DNA from: a virus
Length of the DNA stretch: 64,000 nucleotides
Direction: 5' to 3' (one strand)
Virus record (IMG/VR): IMGVR_UViG_3300009181_000066
Coordinates: 6,276-70,275 of that record
The notes beneath the pieces were generated by a model, which searched no databases, was not told the DNA's origin, and saw only the letters and a program-made list of their open reading frames with translations. Position numbers and translations under genes: made by a program. Below are positions 9,839 to 19,732 of this stretch, one piece after another; position 1 is the first letter of the stretch; every line of letters starts with the position of its first letter.

Positions 9839-10327
9839 ATGGCTGACTTATTAATGAAAATGCCTTTACAGTACGAACCTAAAAGACAAAACAGGTTTAT
9901 ACTTTCTTTCCCAAATTCACTTGGGATTAACTCTTGGTATGTTGAATCAACTACTAGACCTAAAATTAAAATCGCTGAAGTTCCAATTCCATTTTTAAAT
10001 ACTGAAACTTATGTTGCTGGCAAATTCAATTGGGAGTCAATGGATGTTACTTTTCGTGATCCAATCGGACCTTCTGCTTCACAAGCACTTATGGAATGGG
10101 TTCGTTTACATGCTGAATCTGTTACAGGTCGTATGGGTTATGCTGCCGGATACAAAAAAGACATCACACTTGAAATGTTAGACCCAACAGGTGTTGCGGT
10201 TGAAAAGTGGTTACTTATTGGTACATTTTTAACAGGTGTTGATTTTGACTCTTTAAGTTATGATTCGGATAAGTTAGTTACCGTTAAGGCAACACTTAGA
10301 CCTGATAGATGTATTTTGGTATATTGA
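9839..10327 (+). CDS. Tail tube protein (T4 gp19-like)
   Basis: EPKRQNRF, YVAGKFNWE, FRDPI, EWVRL, YKKDITLEMLDPTG..VEKWLL; follows the sheath. Confidence 0.9.
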   Translation: MADLLMKMPLQYEPKRQNRFILSFPNSLGINSWYVESTTRPKIKIAEVPIPFLNTETYVAGKFNWESMDVTFRDPIGPSASQALMEWVRLHAESVTGRMGYAAGYKKDITLEMLDPTGVAVEKWLLIGTFLTGVDFDSLSYDSDKLVTVKATLRPDRCILVY

Positions 10328-10363
10328 TTTTTTGTTTGTAAAATAAAATTAAATATTCAAGAG

Positions 10364-10390
10364 AATCCTACAGAAATGTGGGATTTTTTT
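10364..10390 (+). terminator. Rho-independent terminator
   Basis: AATCCTACA-GAAA-TGTGGGATT followed by T run. Confidence 0.75.
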
Positions 10391-10432
10391 ATTTACATAC
10401 CTTTTAAATAAATTATTTTTAAAATAAAAACT

Positions 10433-11185
10433 ATGAGCGACGCAGCAATTTATGGACAAGAAATGTTTTCATTACCACACGACGTGGTTTCATTACCATC
10501 AAAAGGTAAGTTTTATACACAAAAAAAAGAATCAATAAAGGTTGGGTATCTAACCGCCGAAGATGAAAATATATTATTATCTCCAAACCAAACAAAAGAC
10601 GGACTGATAAATACACTTTTAAGAAATAAAATTTATGAACCCGGATTTGACATAAACCAATTAATTGATGTTGATGTTCAAGCGATTCTTATCTTTTTAA
10701 GAAACACTTCTTTTGGGTCTGATTATATCTTTAAAATTAAAGATCCTGCAACAAATAGAGATTTTGAACAAACAATTCTTTTAGATGAGTTAAACTATAT
10801 TAAACCTGAATTGGAACCAAGTGAAGACGGGTTATTTACAATTAACTTACCAAAAAGTGGATCTGTTGTTAAATGTAGGATTTTAAATTTAGGTGACCAA
10901 AAAGAGTTAGACAAATTAAGAGAATCATATCCACCAAATATGACAGTACCTGTAGTTACAAAAAGATTGGAGAAACAAATTATAGAATTAGATGGGGATA
11001 GGGATAGAGAAAAAATTGTAAGATTTGTGTATCAAATGCCGATTGCAGATTCAAAACACATAAGAAATACCATGTCAAAATGCGAACCTAAATTGGATTT
11101 AGAAAGAACTATTATAGCCCCGTCAGGAGAAAAAGTAACTATTGATGTTGCTTTTGGGGCTGAATTTTTTCGTCCTTTCTTCTAA
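10433..11185 (+). CDS. Tail/baseplate-hub assembly chaperone (T4 gp26-like)
   Basis: VSLPSKG.FY, YLTAEDENIL, D..AILIFLRNTSFG..Y, C-terminal FF.P; lies between tube and tape measure. Confidence 0.75.
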   Translation: MSDAAIYGQEMFSLPHDVVSLPSKGKFYTQKKESIKVGYLTAEDENILLSPNQTKDGLINTLLRNKIYEPGFDINQLIDVDVQAILIFLRNTSFGSDYIFKIKDPATNRDFEQTILLDELNYIKPELEPSEDGLFTINLPKSGSVVKCRILNLGDQKELDKLRESYPPNMTVPVVTKRLEKQIIELDGDRDREKIVRFVYQMPIADSKHIRNTMSKCEPKLDLERTIIAPSGEKVTIDVAFGAEFFRPFF

Positions 11186-11318
11186 TTACAAAAAAAATCT
11201 ATTAGACGAAATTTATTATTTATCAAAATATGCAAATTTTTCATATTTTGATATCTTACGTATACCGACCTATGAGAGAAAATATTTCGTTAACAAACTA
11301 ATAGAAGAAAATTCTTAA
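11145..11318 (+). CDS. gp51/GT-like chaperone extension in the +1 frame (frameshift product or overlapping small gene)
   Basis: Open +1 frame ...VLSSNYKKNLLDEIYYLSKYANFSYFDILRIPTYERKYFVNKLIEENS, with the 'FSY.DI..IP.YER.YF' pattern of tail-assembly chaperone C-terminal parts. An in-frame ATG exists at 11145. Confidence 0.7.
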   Translation: MLLLGLNFFVLSSNYKKNLLDEIYYLSKYANFSYFDILRIPTYERKYFVNKLIEENS

Positions 11319-11356
11319 AACTAAAAAACAATCTATTTATTATAAAATAGAAAATT

Positions 11357-13312
11357 ATGTTATTATTTGCTGATGAAACTCCTGAAGCGGGATATGCCGG
11401 TTCCGGAACAGAAAATTTTGGTTATGAAAAATATCTTGAAGGGTTTAAAAATGCCGTAAAATCATCATTAGATATTGGTTATTTCCAATCATTTTTTACT
11501 GAATTAGAAGATCAGGCAGTTAAAACAAGTAGGTCACTTGCATCTAATATTGCGGGGTATTCACAATCATTAGAAAAATCTATGATGAATGTTTATAAAC
11601 AAACTGTTAAAATCGGAGGTTCAACAAAAGATGTTATTGATTATGCCGAAGCCTTTGCTACACAAACAGGAAAGGTTCCTGCAATACAGGATGAGGTAAT
11701 AGTAAACGCTATTAAAATTTCTAAAGAATTCGGAATATCAACAAAGGAAGTCGCTCAAATGGCGGGAGAGTTTAATAAAATTGGATTATCTCAATTAGCG
11801 GCAGTTAAAATGATTAGAACTATTGGGGAATCTGCAAGAAAATATGGAGTTAACGCTGGACAACTCACTAAAGTAGTTCAAGAAAACGTGAAAAAGTCAT
11901 CGGCATATACATTTAAAGATGGTGTTGAAGGACTAACAAAGATGGCTGCAAAGGCTCAAAGTTTGGGTGTTGGTATAGAATCTGCTTTTAAATTATATGA
12001 TGACTTTATGAATCCTGATAATGCAATTGAATTTGCTAGTGAAATGCAAATGTTAGGTGGAGAATTTGCCGCTCAATTTGGGGACCCATTTTCAAATATG
12101 GGTGCTAGTGTTGAAGAATTAAGAGAAAAACTTACAAAATCTGCGTCATCTTTTGCCGAACTTGACGAAAATGGTGAATTTAAAATTTCTAGAGAAGGAC
12201 AGAAAGCGTTAAGAATACTTGCTGAAAAAACGGGTGAAAGTGTGGAAGATTTAGCTAGTATCGCAACACAATCTGCTAAAAAAATGGATGCGCTTGGGAA
12301 AACTAAATGGGCTGGTAATATTAGTGAAGAAGATAAGGAGTTTGTTGCATCATTATCGACAATGGGTAAGGAAGGTAAATATGAAGTTAAACTTCCTGGT
12401 ACTGATAATTGGGTTAAAACATCAGAAATAACTTCAAAACAAATTGAAGAACTTAAAAAAAAGACTCAAGAAGGAGAAACGCCGTTACCTGATGGTAGTC
12501 AAAATGCGTTTAATGAAAGGTTTTTAAGTTCCGCCGAAAGACAAAATAATACATTAATACAAATTAGAGATGCTTTGATTTTAAAGGCTACGCCTGAACA
12601 AGGGGCTGCCGCGGTTAAGGCATTAACAACTTTAAGTGAAACCACAAGTGAAGTAATAACAAAGTTAACTAATATTTTACCGGTAAATGAAGTATTAACA
12701 CTTTTAAAAAAGGTTAATGAACAAACAAAAAGTTATGTGGATGATCCTGCAGGTCTGAAGGGGGATATAAAAGTTATAGTAGATGACTTGAAAGATGTTC
12801 TTAATGACAGAGATGATGTTATTGACATAGAAGATGGATTTTTTCCTGGATCAGGTAGTGCGCCAAAAATTATGTCTGAAGGTAAAATATATAAAGGTAT
12901 AGTTGGAGATCAAGTTGCGGTTGGTCCAAATCTTGATAACGCATTTGAAATGTCAAAAGAACAATTTAATACTATGAAAGTTTTAGCCGATACTTTTGGT
13001 GTTAGTGTGGAGGATTTAAAAGACCCATTTAAAATGATTGGTGCGGTAAATAAATCAAATCCAACACTACAAAGTACTTTAGGTGAAAAACCAACAAGAC
13101 TTTCTGAAGTAATGACAAATAACACCACGAATACTAATATTAACACTACAAATACACAAAATTTATCAGGAGGATTCACTATAACCATAGATGCATCAAA
13201 AGTACCAAATTCATTAGACTCAACAATGTTGAAAAATGAAATGATGAAAGTTATGTATCAATTAAGTGATGAAATGAAAAAACAAGGAGTTTTAAATTTT
13301 AAACTTAAATAA
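11357..13312 (+). CDS. Tape measure protein
   Basis: Ala/Lys/Glu-rich helical sequence directly after the chaperones; canonical position. Confidence 0.8.
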   Translation: MLLFADETPEAGYAGSGTENFGYEKYLEGFKNAVKSSLDIGYFQSFFTELEDQAVKTSRSLASNIAGYSQSLEKSMMNVYKQTVKIGGSTKDVIDYAEAFATQTGKVPAIQDEVIVNAIKISKEFGISTKEVAQMAGEFNKIGLSQLAAVKMIRTIGESARKYGVNAGQLTKVVQENVKKSSAYTFKDGVEGLTKMAAKAQSLGVGIESAFKLYDDFMNPDNAIEFASEMQMLGGEFAAQFGDPFSNMGASVEELREKLTKSASSFAELDENGEFKISREGQKALRILAEKTGESVEDLASIATQSAKKMDALGKTKWAGNISEEDKEFVASLSTMGKEGKYEVKLPGTDNWVKTSEITSKQIEELKKKTQEGETPLPDGSQNAFNERFLSSAERQNNTLIQIRDALILKATPEQGAAAVKALTTLSETTSEVITKLTNILPVNEVLTLLKKVNEQTKSYVDDPAGLKGDIKVIVDDLKDVLNDRDDVIDIEDGFFPGSGSAPKIMSEGKIYKGIVGDQVAVGPNLDNAFEMSKEQFNTMKVLADTFGVSVEDLKDPFKMIGAVNKSNPTLQSTLGEKPTRLSEVMTNNTTNTNINTTNTQNLSGGFTITIDASKVPNSLDSTMLKNEMMKVMYQLSDEMKKQGVLNFKLK

Positions 13313-13352
13313 AAATACCATTCAACCTATTTATATAAAAAATATAAATTGA

Positions 13353-16300
13353 ATGGAAAGCCCATTATCATTTGACTCTTCTGAGAATTTTAGAAAAAAG
13401 TTATTGGTTAGAAACTTAAAACCATATAACGTAAATCAATCGTTTACATCGACCGACATACCTGGCATTAGTGATATTACACTAATTGATTATTCGGTTA
13501 TTGATTCACCGTCTATTGACGTTATTAGTCAAACCCAAGAAGAAATTCTTTATAATAAAAACCAATATGGTCCAACTAACGGTGATGAGGTTTATGGGAA
13601 TATCGTAAACATTAATTTAAATTTAAACACCCAAACAAATCAGGGCGTGTATGATTTTTCAAAATCTATAGGATCTAAATTAGAACTTCAAGGGGAAAAC
13701 CAAGAAACATTACTTTATGTGAATAACTTATATGGCCCACAAAACCAAACAAGTTATGGGGATACCGTAAATATTAATCAAAATTTTCAAACTAATACGA
13801 ATATTGGTGAATATGATATAACAGATACTATTGGTAGTAGGTTAGAACTAGCAGGAAATCAACAGGAGGTGATATTATATACCAATAACTTATATGGTCC
13901 TCAAGGAACTAATAGTTATGGTAATACGGTTGATATAAATCAAAACTTACAATCAACATCAAACGTAGGTGAATACGATGTGTCGGACTCTATTGGATCT
14001 AAATTAGAAACTATTGGAAATTTCCAAGAAGTCATACTTTATACTAATAACACATATGGACCTGCAAATAGTACGAGTTATGGTGATACTGTTAATATAA
14101 ACCAAAATTCACAGTCTACATCTAATAATGGTGAGTACGGACCTATTATTTGGTCATTACAAAGAAGTACTGAACAATCAAGAAATATATTTTATGTATT
14201 AAATGAATATGGTCCTGATGGTTCAAATGGTTATGGAGATCAAATAAATGGTATATTAGATTCTAACTTACAAACCTCATCCAATCAAGGGGAGTACGGA
14301 CCTTTAACGTTGACCGTTACAAAAACTGCGGATCAGTCAAGAAATGATATGTACGTTGTTAATGAGTTTGGACCTGAAGATGATAATGGTTATGGTAATC
14401 AAATTAATGCTACCATATATACTGATTTAATATCAAATTCTAATCAGGGCGAATACGGTCCATTAACTATGACCGTAACAAAAACAAACGATCAGATTAG
14501 AAATGAATTGTATGTTGCAAATGAATATGGTCCTGAAAGTGATAATGGGTACGGAAATGAAATTAACACAATAATTAATTCAAATTTACAAACCACCTCA
14601 AATCAAGGGCAATATGATTACGCTTTGTCTCCACCATCTTTATCTTCACAACAGTCACAAAATGAAGCATATGGTGATAATAAGTATGTAAATGGTGATG
14701 GTAATTATGAAGAAGTAACAATAACGGATGTTACTAGTCTAATAGAAAGAACATTTTTACCTTACGCAGATAGTAACACCACATTTATATTTGTTCCTTC
14801 TCAGTATGCACCTTATGATATTTTACTTCAAAATGATCCACAAGGAAGTGATGGTACACTTGCTAATGATTCAAGTTTGGCTCAATTAGGTGCTGAAAAA
14901 TTACAAACAGAATTTAAAGCAAGAGTTGCGTTAGAACTATTACAACAAACATTAAGTAGAGTTAATGCCTTTAATACGTCAATTAATACTGATACTGGAA
15001 ACATATCAGCAAAACCAAATACCGATCCTTTTAATGCTATCGGTATAATTTCAGGAAATATTCCATTATTGGCAAGAGACTATTCAGTTACAAGTCCCGA
15101 TTTATTATTAGGTCAGGGAATTAATTTTGCTGCAAAACTTGCGGGTCTTTATTCCCCTTATTCTTATATACCTGGAGAATATTTTGATTATCCTAAAAAA
15201 CGTCTTGTCAATCAGTTATTGGAAAATCCAATAGCGGCTGTTGTGGGATCGGCATTAGGGACAATAAATAAAATAACCAGTTTAAATATTGAAAGTGGGT
15301 CTGAATTATTTTTAGCAAACACTTCTAACGCAACTAGTGATCTTTTATTTCAGCAATTATCATATAACTCATATAGACCTGATTATAGACTAAACTCATT
15401 AAGAGACCCAAATCTTTTGGCGCCAAAACCATCTTTTTATGTTGGGGATAGAAAAACTTTCTTAAAGAGTATAACACCTATAGATCAACAGCCATTAAAT
15501 AGATATGGTGATAACACAGAAGCTGCGGTTTTTGGACACGGAGGATTAGGTGCTGACTATGAGACATATAAGGGTCAAAGTGTTGGTGAGAGATTCTTCT
15601 TTGGTTTAACAACTAGAGGTTACTATGACGGGGCAAATAATCCTAATGGTACTGACACTGGAACCATTTTTGGAGGGTTTACTTGGGGATCTTCAAATAG
15701 TGGAACTATTAATAAAAAAATTGGGTACAATAACGAAGTATTTGGTGAAACAGATCAAGGTCCGGCATTTAATCTTGGATTACAAAGTACATTAGCTGGG
15801 GATTTTAATAGTTTTAGACCAGATTCAATATTAGATGTTACAAATCAATTAGTACTGAAAGGTGAACAGGCTAAAGGTATATTTAAACAAAGACACGTAG
15901 GAAATGCTATAAGTCAAGTTAGTAAAGTTTTTAACGATGGAAATATAGAATTAACAAAAGGTTCTAGAGTTATTAGATATACAACACCAAATTCGGTGGG
16001 GTCAACGGATCAAAATGGAGTGGTTGGGTATGAGTATTGTCGAGTTTTTACAAAAGACAATCCTTACTACCTTTATAGTGATCTACAAAAAACAGATGGT
16101 AATATACGTAAATTTCAAAACTCAGTATTAAGTAATACTTACAACTTGAATATTGCACCAATGAAGGGTAATGATTCAACAAGTTTAGATGAAACAAACA
16201 AAAGAGTTAAAAAATATATGTTTTCTTTAGAAAACCTTGCTTGGCGTTCATCTAATAGACCTGGTTTTACCGTAGAAGATTTACCGGCATGTGAAATAGG

Positions 16301-19300
16301 TCCTAATGGTGGAAGGATAATGTGGTTCCCACCGTACGACTTAAAATTTGATGAAAGTGTTAAAACTCAATGGACTGACCATACTTTTTTAGGTAGGACT
16401 GAACCTGTCTACACCTATAGTAACACATCTAGATCGGGAAGTTTAAGTTGGAAAATTTTGGTAGATCATCCATCTACTTTAAATCTTATTGTGAATAAAG
16501 AGTTAGCAAAAACATCACCGGAATCTAAATTAACAAAAATTGTAGATTCATTTTTTGCGGGATGTTTAAAATATGACATTTATGAATTGTTAAAAAAATA
16601 TGCACAGTTTTCAATTAGTGATGTTTATGATGTGATATTAAGTACAAAAAATACCGACACGTTTAATCAAGCAATATCTGAACTACCACCAACAAACACT
16701 ACTCAAACGTCATCATCCTCTGTCGGAGGTGGGGGCACCACAAAAGATTTTGGGGAGTATATTAATAAAGTTGCACTATATTTTGAAGATAGTGTCCCTG
16801 GTGGTGAAGACAATACTGAGTATAATACATTATATAATACATATTTAAATGTAATTGATGGTGATTATCCTTTTAAGGCGAAAAACATTATTGTGAATTA
16901 CGACAATGAAAATTACCAAGACGATACTACTGCCGATAAGGGAGATGTTGATTTTTTTGTTAACTATATTGATGCCACTAAAAACGGTATTAGTGATTTT
17001 AAAAGTTTTATAGTTTCTAACTATGACAAATTTAATGAATTAAAAATAAACATTAAGGAGTTTTTAAGTCAAGGAAATAGTGAATTAACTTTAGAACTTA
17101 CAGGAGGTGCATCTGCAACGGGTAGTAAATCAGCAAATAAGACATTAGGTAAAAGAAGAGTTGAGTCTATTAAGAAATGGTTAGAAACGGATGTTGATTT
17201 AAAAAAATATATTAACGATAAAAAGATATTAAAAATAGTAGATAAAAGTGCAGGGGATGCTATAACTTTAAATGTTAGTGAAAAAAATTACAATAAAATC
17301 GATTGTGACAAACAATTTAAAGGTAATAATGCAAACGAACAAACAGGAATATATTCAGTAAATGCTATGGCTTGTAGAACTGTTCAAGTGACCAATATTG
17401 TAATAAAAGAAATTGAAAAACCTAACAGTAATTCAACAAACACTACTCAAACAGATACGTCAAGTGTTGCTCCTTCACCTAATGCTGCTGAAGAAAACGC
17501 ACCTGTAACTCAAACTCCAACGGCAACAAACGGACAACCACAGTCAAGTAGTAGCACTAGTAGACCTCAACCTAGACAAGATATAGTTAAAAGGTTGTTA
17601 CGAAAATTGCTTACAGAATCGGATTATTTTGAAATGATTAAGGAAAACGAACCTATGATCTACGATGGCATAAAACAAAAAATAAGACATTTTGATCCTG
17701 CATTTCACTCCATTACTCCTGAAGGGTTAAACTCAAGGTTAACGTTTTTACAACAATGTATGAGACCTGGAGATACTATACCTGCAGTTCAAAAAAACAA
17801 TAATCAAACGACACTAGTTTATGGAGATGCATTTAACACCGCGTTTGGTGCACCACCTGTTTGTGTATTAAGAATTGGGGACTTTTTCCATACCAAAGTA
17901 ATAATAGATAGTTTAACTCTAAAATATGATGAAGTTCCATTTGATTTAAATCCTGAGGGAATTGGAGTTCAACCAATGATTGCTGATGTTTCATTAAATT
18001 TTAATTTTATTGGTGGACAAGGATTAAAACAACCAATAGAACAATTACAAAACGCACTTTCTTTTAACTATTATGCAAATACTGAAGTTTATGATGAAAG
18101 GGCTGAAGAAACAGAACCTGTAGATAAAAAATTAACAGCAGAATTAATTGACATCGCACAAGATTCTTTAGGTATACTTACTGATTTAACAAGACCTGAC
18201 GAAAATAATGGGCAAACAACTATTGGTGCAATATTAACACAAGTGGTTGACCCAACGGGTAATACAATCACTGGTGATATAGAATATAAAACAGTGTTTA
18301 ATGAATTAGTTGGAAATGTTGAACAATATTTTAACTCCACTTTTGACGCTTTGAAAAAGGTTAATGAGGACTTTTTATATGGTGGAATAGTTTTATCTAG
18401 TGCCGATGTGAAATATAGAGAAGGGGAAATAATAACTACCGGATCAACAAATGGTAGGATCTTTGGGTATCCTGTTGGTATACAACAAAAGGTTGATGAT
18501 TTATTTACAAAGACAAAAGAAGATGTTGATAATGATAAATGCCCATTACTATATGGTGTATTTGATCAAAACTTTAAAAATGCTGATATAAGAGATGTTA
18601 AGAAGAAAATAAAAGAAATGATTGATAATAGAAAGGATGGTTATACTTTAAATATTAAAAAATCATATGAACAATCATTAAATTCTGAATTAAAATTAGT
18701 TAATTTAATTGATAAACTTAATTTTGTTTCAGGGGCAAGAGACGGTTATAAAAATAAAAAAAATACACCAATTATATATGAACTATCAGGACAAACTACG
18801 GGGGTTGTTGATGGATCATATGCAAATACTTTTGACGAATATAAAGGTGATTATGCAAAAATTGCAAATGATATACAAACTTTTTATGATGGTATGTTTG
18901 TGATAATTCCACCTGATGGTGTAACAGCATATAATGAAGATTATACTTTTGATCTTTATTTAAACATTCAAGATGAGAACTATTTACCTAGTGAAAATAG
19001 ATTTTTTATGATATTTGGTAAAGAAATCGTAGATGACCCAACAAAAATAAGCGGAGAACTTTATGACGCTGTCACTTCATCTGATGACAGAGCCAAATGG
19101 CTTGACTATTTTTATTATGTTATTATAGGTACAAGTAGTTTAGAACTCATAGGATTACCATCAATTCAAGCAAGGTATATTGAATCGAAAAATACAGTTA
19201 ATCAATTTTTTGGGATTGTTGAGAATAGTGATTTCTACAAAAAAGTAAAAACTAATTATCAATCTGACTTGAAAAATAAAGAAAGAAAAGTATCATATAA

Positions 19301-19409
19301 AAAACAGGAACCATTAAACCAAACAGATGGTAATAAACTTTTGAAATTATGGCAAAGTACATCAATACCTGATGATGAGTTCAATTTCAAAAAAGAATTT
19401 AGAGGGTAA
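13353..19409 (+). CDS. Giant tail-tube-initiator/baseplate protein with N-terminal repeats and an internal OmpA-like domain
   Basis: Tube-initiator-like motifs FPPYDLKFDE...W...FLGRTEPVYTY...R.GSLSW and PPVCVLRIGD...IIDSL...PMIADVSLNF; OmpA-like LTGGASATGS..ANKTLGKRRVESIKKWL; lies between TMP and LysM/gpX gene. Confidence 0.65.
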   Translation: MESPLSFDSSENFRKKLLVRNLKPYNVNQSFTSTDIPGISDITLIDYSVIDSPSIDVISQTQEEILYNKNQYGPTNGDEVYGNIVNINLNLNTQTNQGVYDFSKSIGSKLELQGENQETLLYVNNLYGPQNQTSYGDTVNINQNFQTNTNIGEYDITDTIGSRLELAGNQQEVILYTNNLYGPQGTNSYGNTVDINQNLQSTSNVGEYDVSDSIGSKLETIGNFQEVILYTNNTYGPANSTSYGDTVNINQNSQSTSNNGEYGPIIWSLQRSTEQSRNIFYVLNEYGPDGSNGYGDQINGILDSNLQTSSNQGEYGPLTLTVTKTADQSRNDMYVVNEFGPEDDNGYGNQINATIYTDLISNSNQGEYGPLTMTVTKTNDQIRNELYVANEYGPESDNGYGNEINTIINSNLQTTSNQGQYDYALSPPSLSSQQSQNEAYGDNKYVNGDGNYEEVTITDVTSLIERTFLPYADSNTTFIFVPSQYAPYDILLQNDPQGSDGTLANDSSLAQLGAEKLQTEFKARVALELLQQTLSRVNAFNTSINTDTGNISAKPNTDPFNAIGIISGNIPLLARDYSVTSPDLLLGQGINFAAKLAGLYSPYSYIPGEYFDYPKKRLVNQLLENPIAAVVGSALGTINKITSLNIESGSELFLANTSNATSDLLFQQLSYNSYRPDYRLNSLRDPNLLAPKPSFYVGDRKTFLKSITPIDQQPLNRYGDNTEAAVFGHGGLGADYETYKGQSVGERFFFGLTTRGYYDGANNPNGTDTGTIFGGFTWGSSNSGTINKKIGYNNEVFGETDQGPAFNLGLQSTLAGDFNSFRPDSILDVTNQLVLKGEQAKGIFKQRHVGNAISQVSKVFNDGNIELTKGSRVIRYTTPNSVGSTDQNGVVGYEYCRVFTKDNPYYLYSDLQKTDGNIRKFQNSVLSNTYNLNIAPMKGNDSTSLDETNKRVKKYMFSLENLAWRSSNRPGFTVEDLPACEIGPNGGRIMWFPPYDLKFDESVKTQWTDHTFLGRTEPVYTYSNTSRSGSLSWKILVDHPSTLNLIVNKELAKTSPESKLTKIVDSFFAGCLKYDIYELLKKYAQFSISDVYDVILSTKNTDTFNQAISELPPTNTTQTSSSSVGGGGTTKDFGEYINKVALYFEDSVPGGEDNTEYNTLYNTYLNVIDGDYPFKAKNIIVNYDNENYQDDTTADKGDVDFFVNYIDATKNGISDFKSFIVSNYDKFNELKINIKEFLSQGNSELTLELTGGASATGSKSANKTLGKRRVESIKKWLETDVDLKKYINDKKILKIVDKSAGDAITLNVSEKNYNKIDCDKQFKGNNANEQTGIYSVNAMACRTVQVTNIVIKEIEKPNSNSTNTTQTDTSSVAPSPNAAEENAPVTQTPTATNGQPQSSSSTSRPQPRQDIVKRLLRKLLTESDYFEMIKENEPMIYDGIKQKIRHFDPAFHSITPEGLNSRLTFLQQCMRPGDTIPAVQKNNNQTTLVYGDAFNTAFGAPPVCVLRIGDFFHTKVIIDSLTLKYDEVPFDLNPEGIGVQPMIADVSLNFNFIGGQGLKQPIEQLQNALSFNYYANTEVYDERAEETEPVDKKLTAELIDIAQDSLGILTDLTRPDENNGQTTIGAILTQVVDPTGNTITGDIEYKTVFNELVGNVEQYFNSTFDALKKVNEDFLYGGIVLSSADVKYREGEIITTGSTNGRIFGYPVGIQQKVDDLFTKTKEDVDNDKCPLLYGVFDQNFKNADIRDVKKKIKEMIDNRKDGYTLNIKKSYEQSLNSELKLVNLIDKLNFVSGARDGYKNKKNTPIIYELSGQTTGVVDGSYANTFDEYKGDYAKIANDIQTFYDGMFVIIPPDGVTAYNEDYTFDLYLNIQDENYLPSENRFFMIFGKEIVDDPTKISGELYDAVTSSDDRAKWLDYFYYVIIGTSSLELIGLPSIQARYIESKNTVNQFFGIVENSDFYKKVKTNYQSDLKNKERKVSYKKQEPLNQTDGNKLLKLWQSTSIPDDEFNFKKEFRG
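13550..14630 (+). repeat. Seven degenerate ~50-55-aa coding repeats (N.YGP....YG...N...N.Q...N.GEY)
   Basis: Four type-A units (e.g. NNLYGPQNQTSYGDTVNINQNFQTNTNIGEYDITDTIGSRLE) grading into three type-B units (NEYGPDGSNGYGDQIN...LQTSSNQGEYGPLTLTV). Confidence 0.85.
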
Positions 19410-19414
19410 TAACT

Positions 19415-19732
19415 ATGCAGTATTATAATAGATATTCTAATTTTTTAATTAACGGAGAACAAACAGTGGTACCTTATGTAAATGTACCACCAAAACCGAC
19501 AGACCAAAGATATATTTATAGGTTAAACCAAAGTAGATTAGATAAGATTAGTTTTGAAAAATATGGGTCACCCGTTTTTGGATGGCTTATTCTGCAAGCT
19601 AACCCAAAGTTTGGAGGTTTGGAAAGTAATATTCCTGACGGTACTGTTTTAACAATACCGTTCCCATTAATTAGTTCATTACAAGACTACAAAACGGCCT
19701 TAGATACACATATATTTTATTATGGCAGGTAG
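19415..19732 (+). CDS. LysM-like baseplate protein (P2 gpX / T4 gp53-like)
   Basis: SRLDKISFEKYGSP..GWLILQANP...IPDGTVLTIP. Confidence 0.8.
   Translation: MQYYNRYSNFLINGEQTVVPYVNVPPKPTDQRYIYRLNQSRLDKISFEKYGSPVFGWLILQANPKFGGLESNIPDGTVLTIPFPLISSLQDYKTALDTHIFYYGR

Noticed and set aside
13550-14630. Possible CRISPR array or diversity-generating retroelement repeats
   Set aside because: The repeats are degenerate, in-frame and protein-coding; I saw no identical repeat-spacer pattern, no adenine-specific TR/VR pair and no reverse transcriptase or cas gene.
17575-17625. Internal DIVKRLLRKLLTE resembling the N-terminal leader motif
   Set aside because: A single internal amphipathic helix in a tail protein; the similarity could easily be chance.
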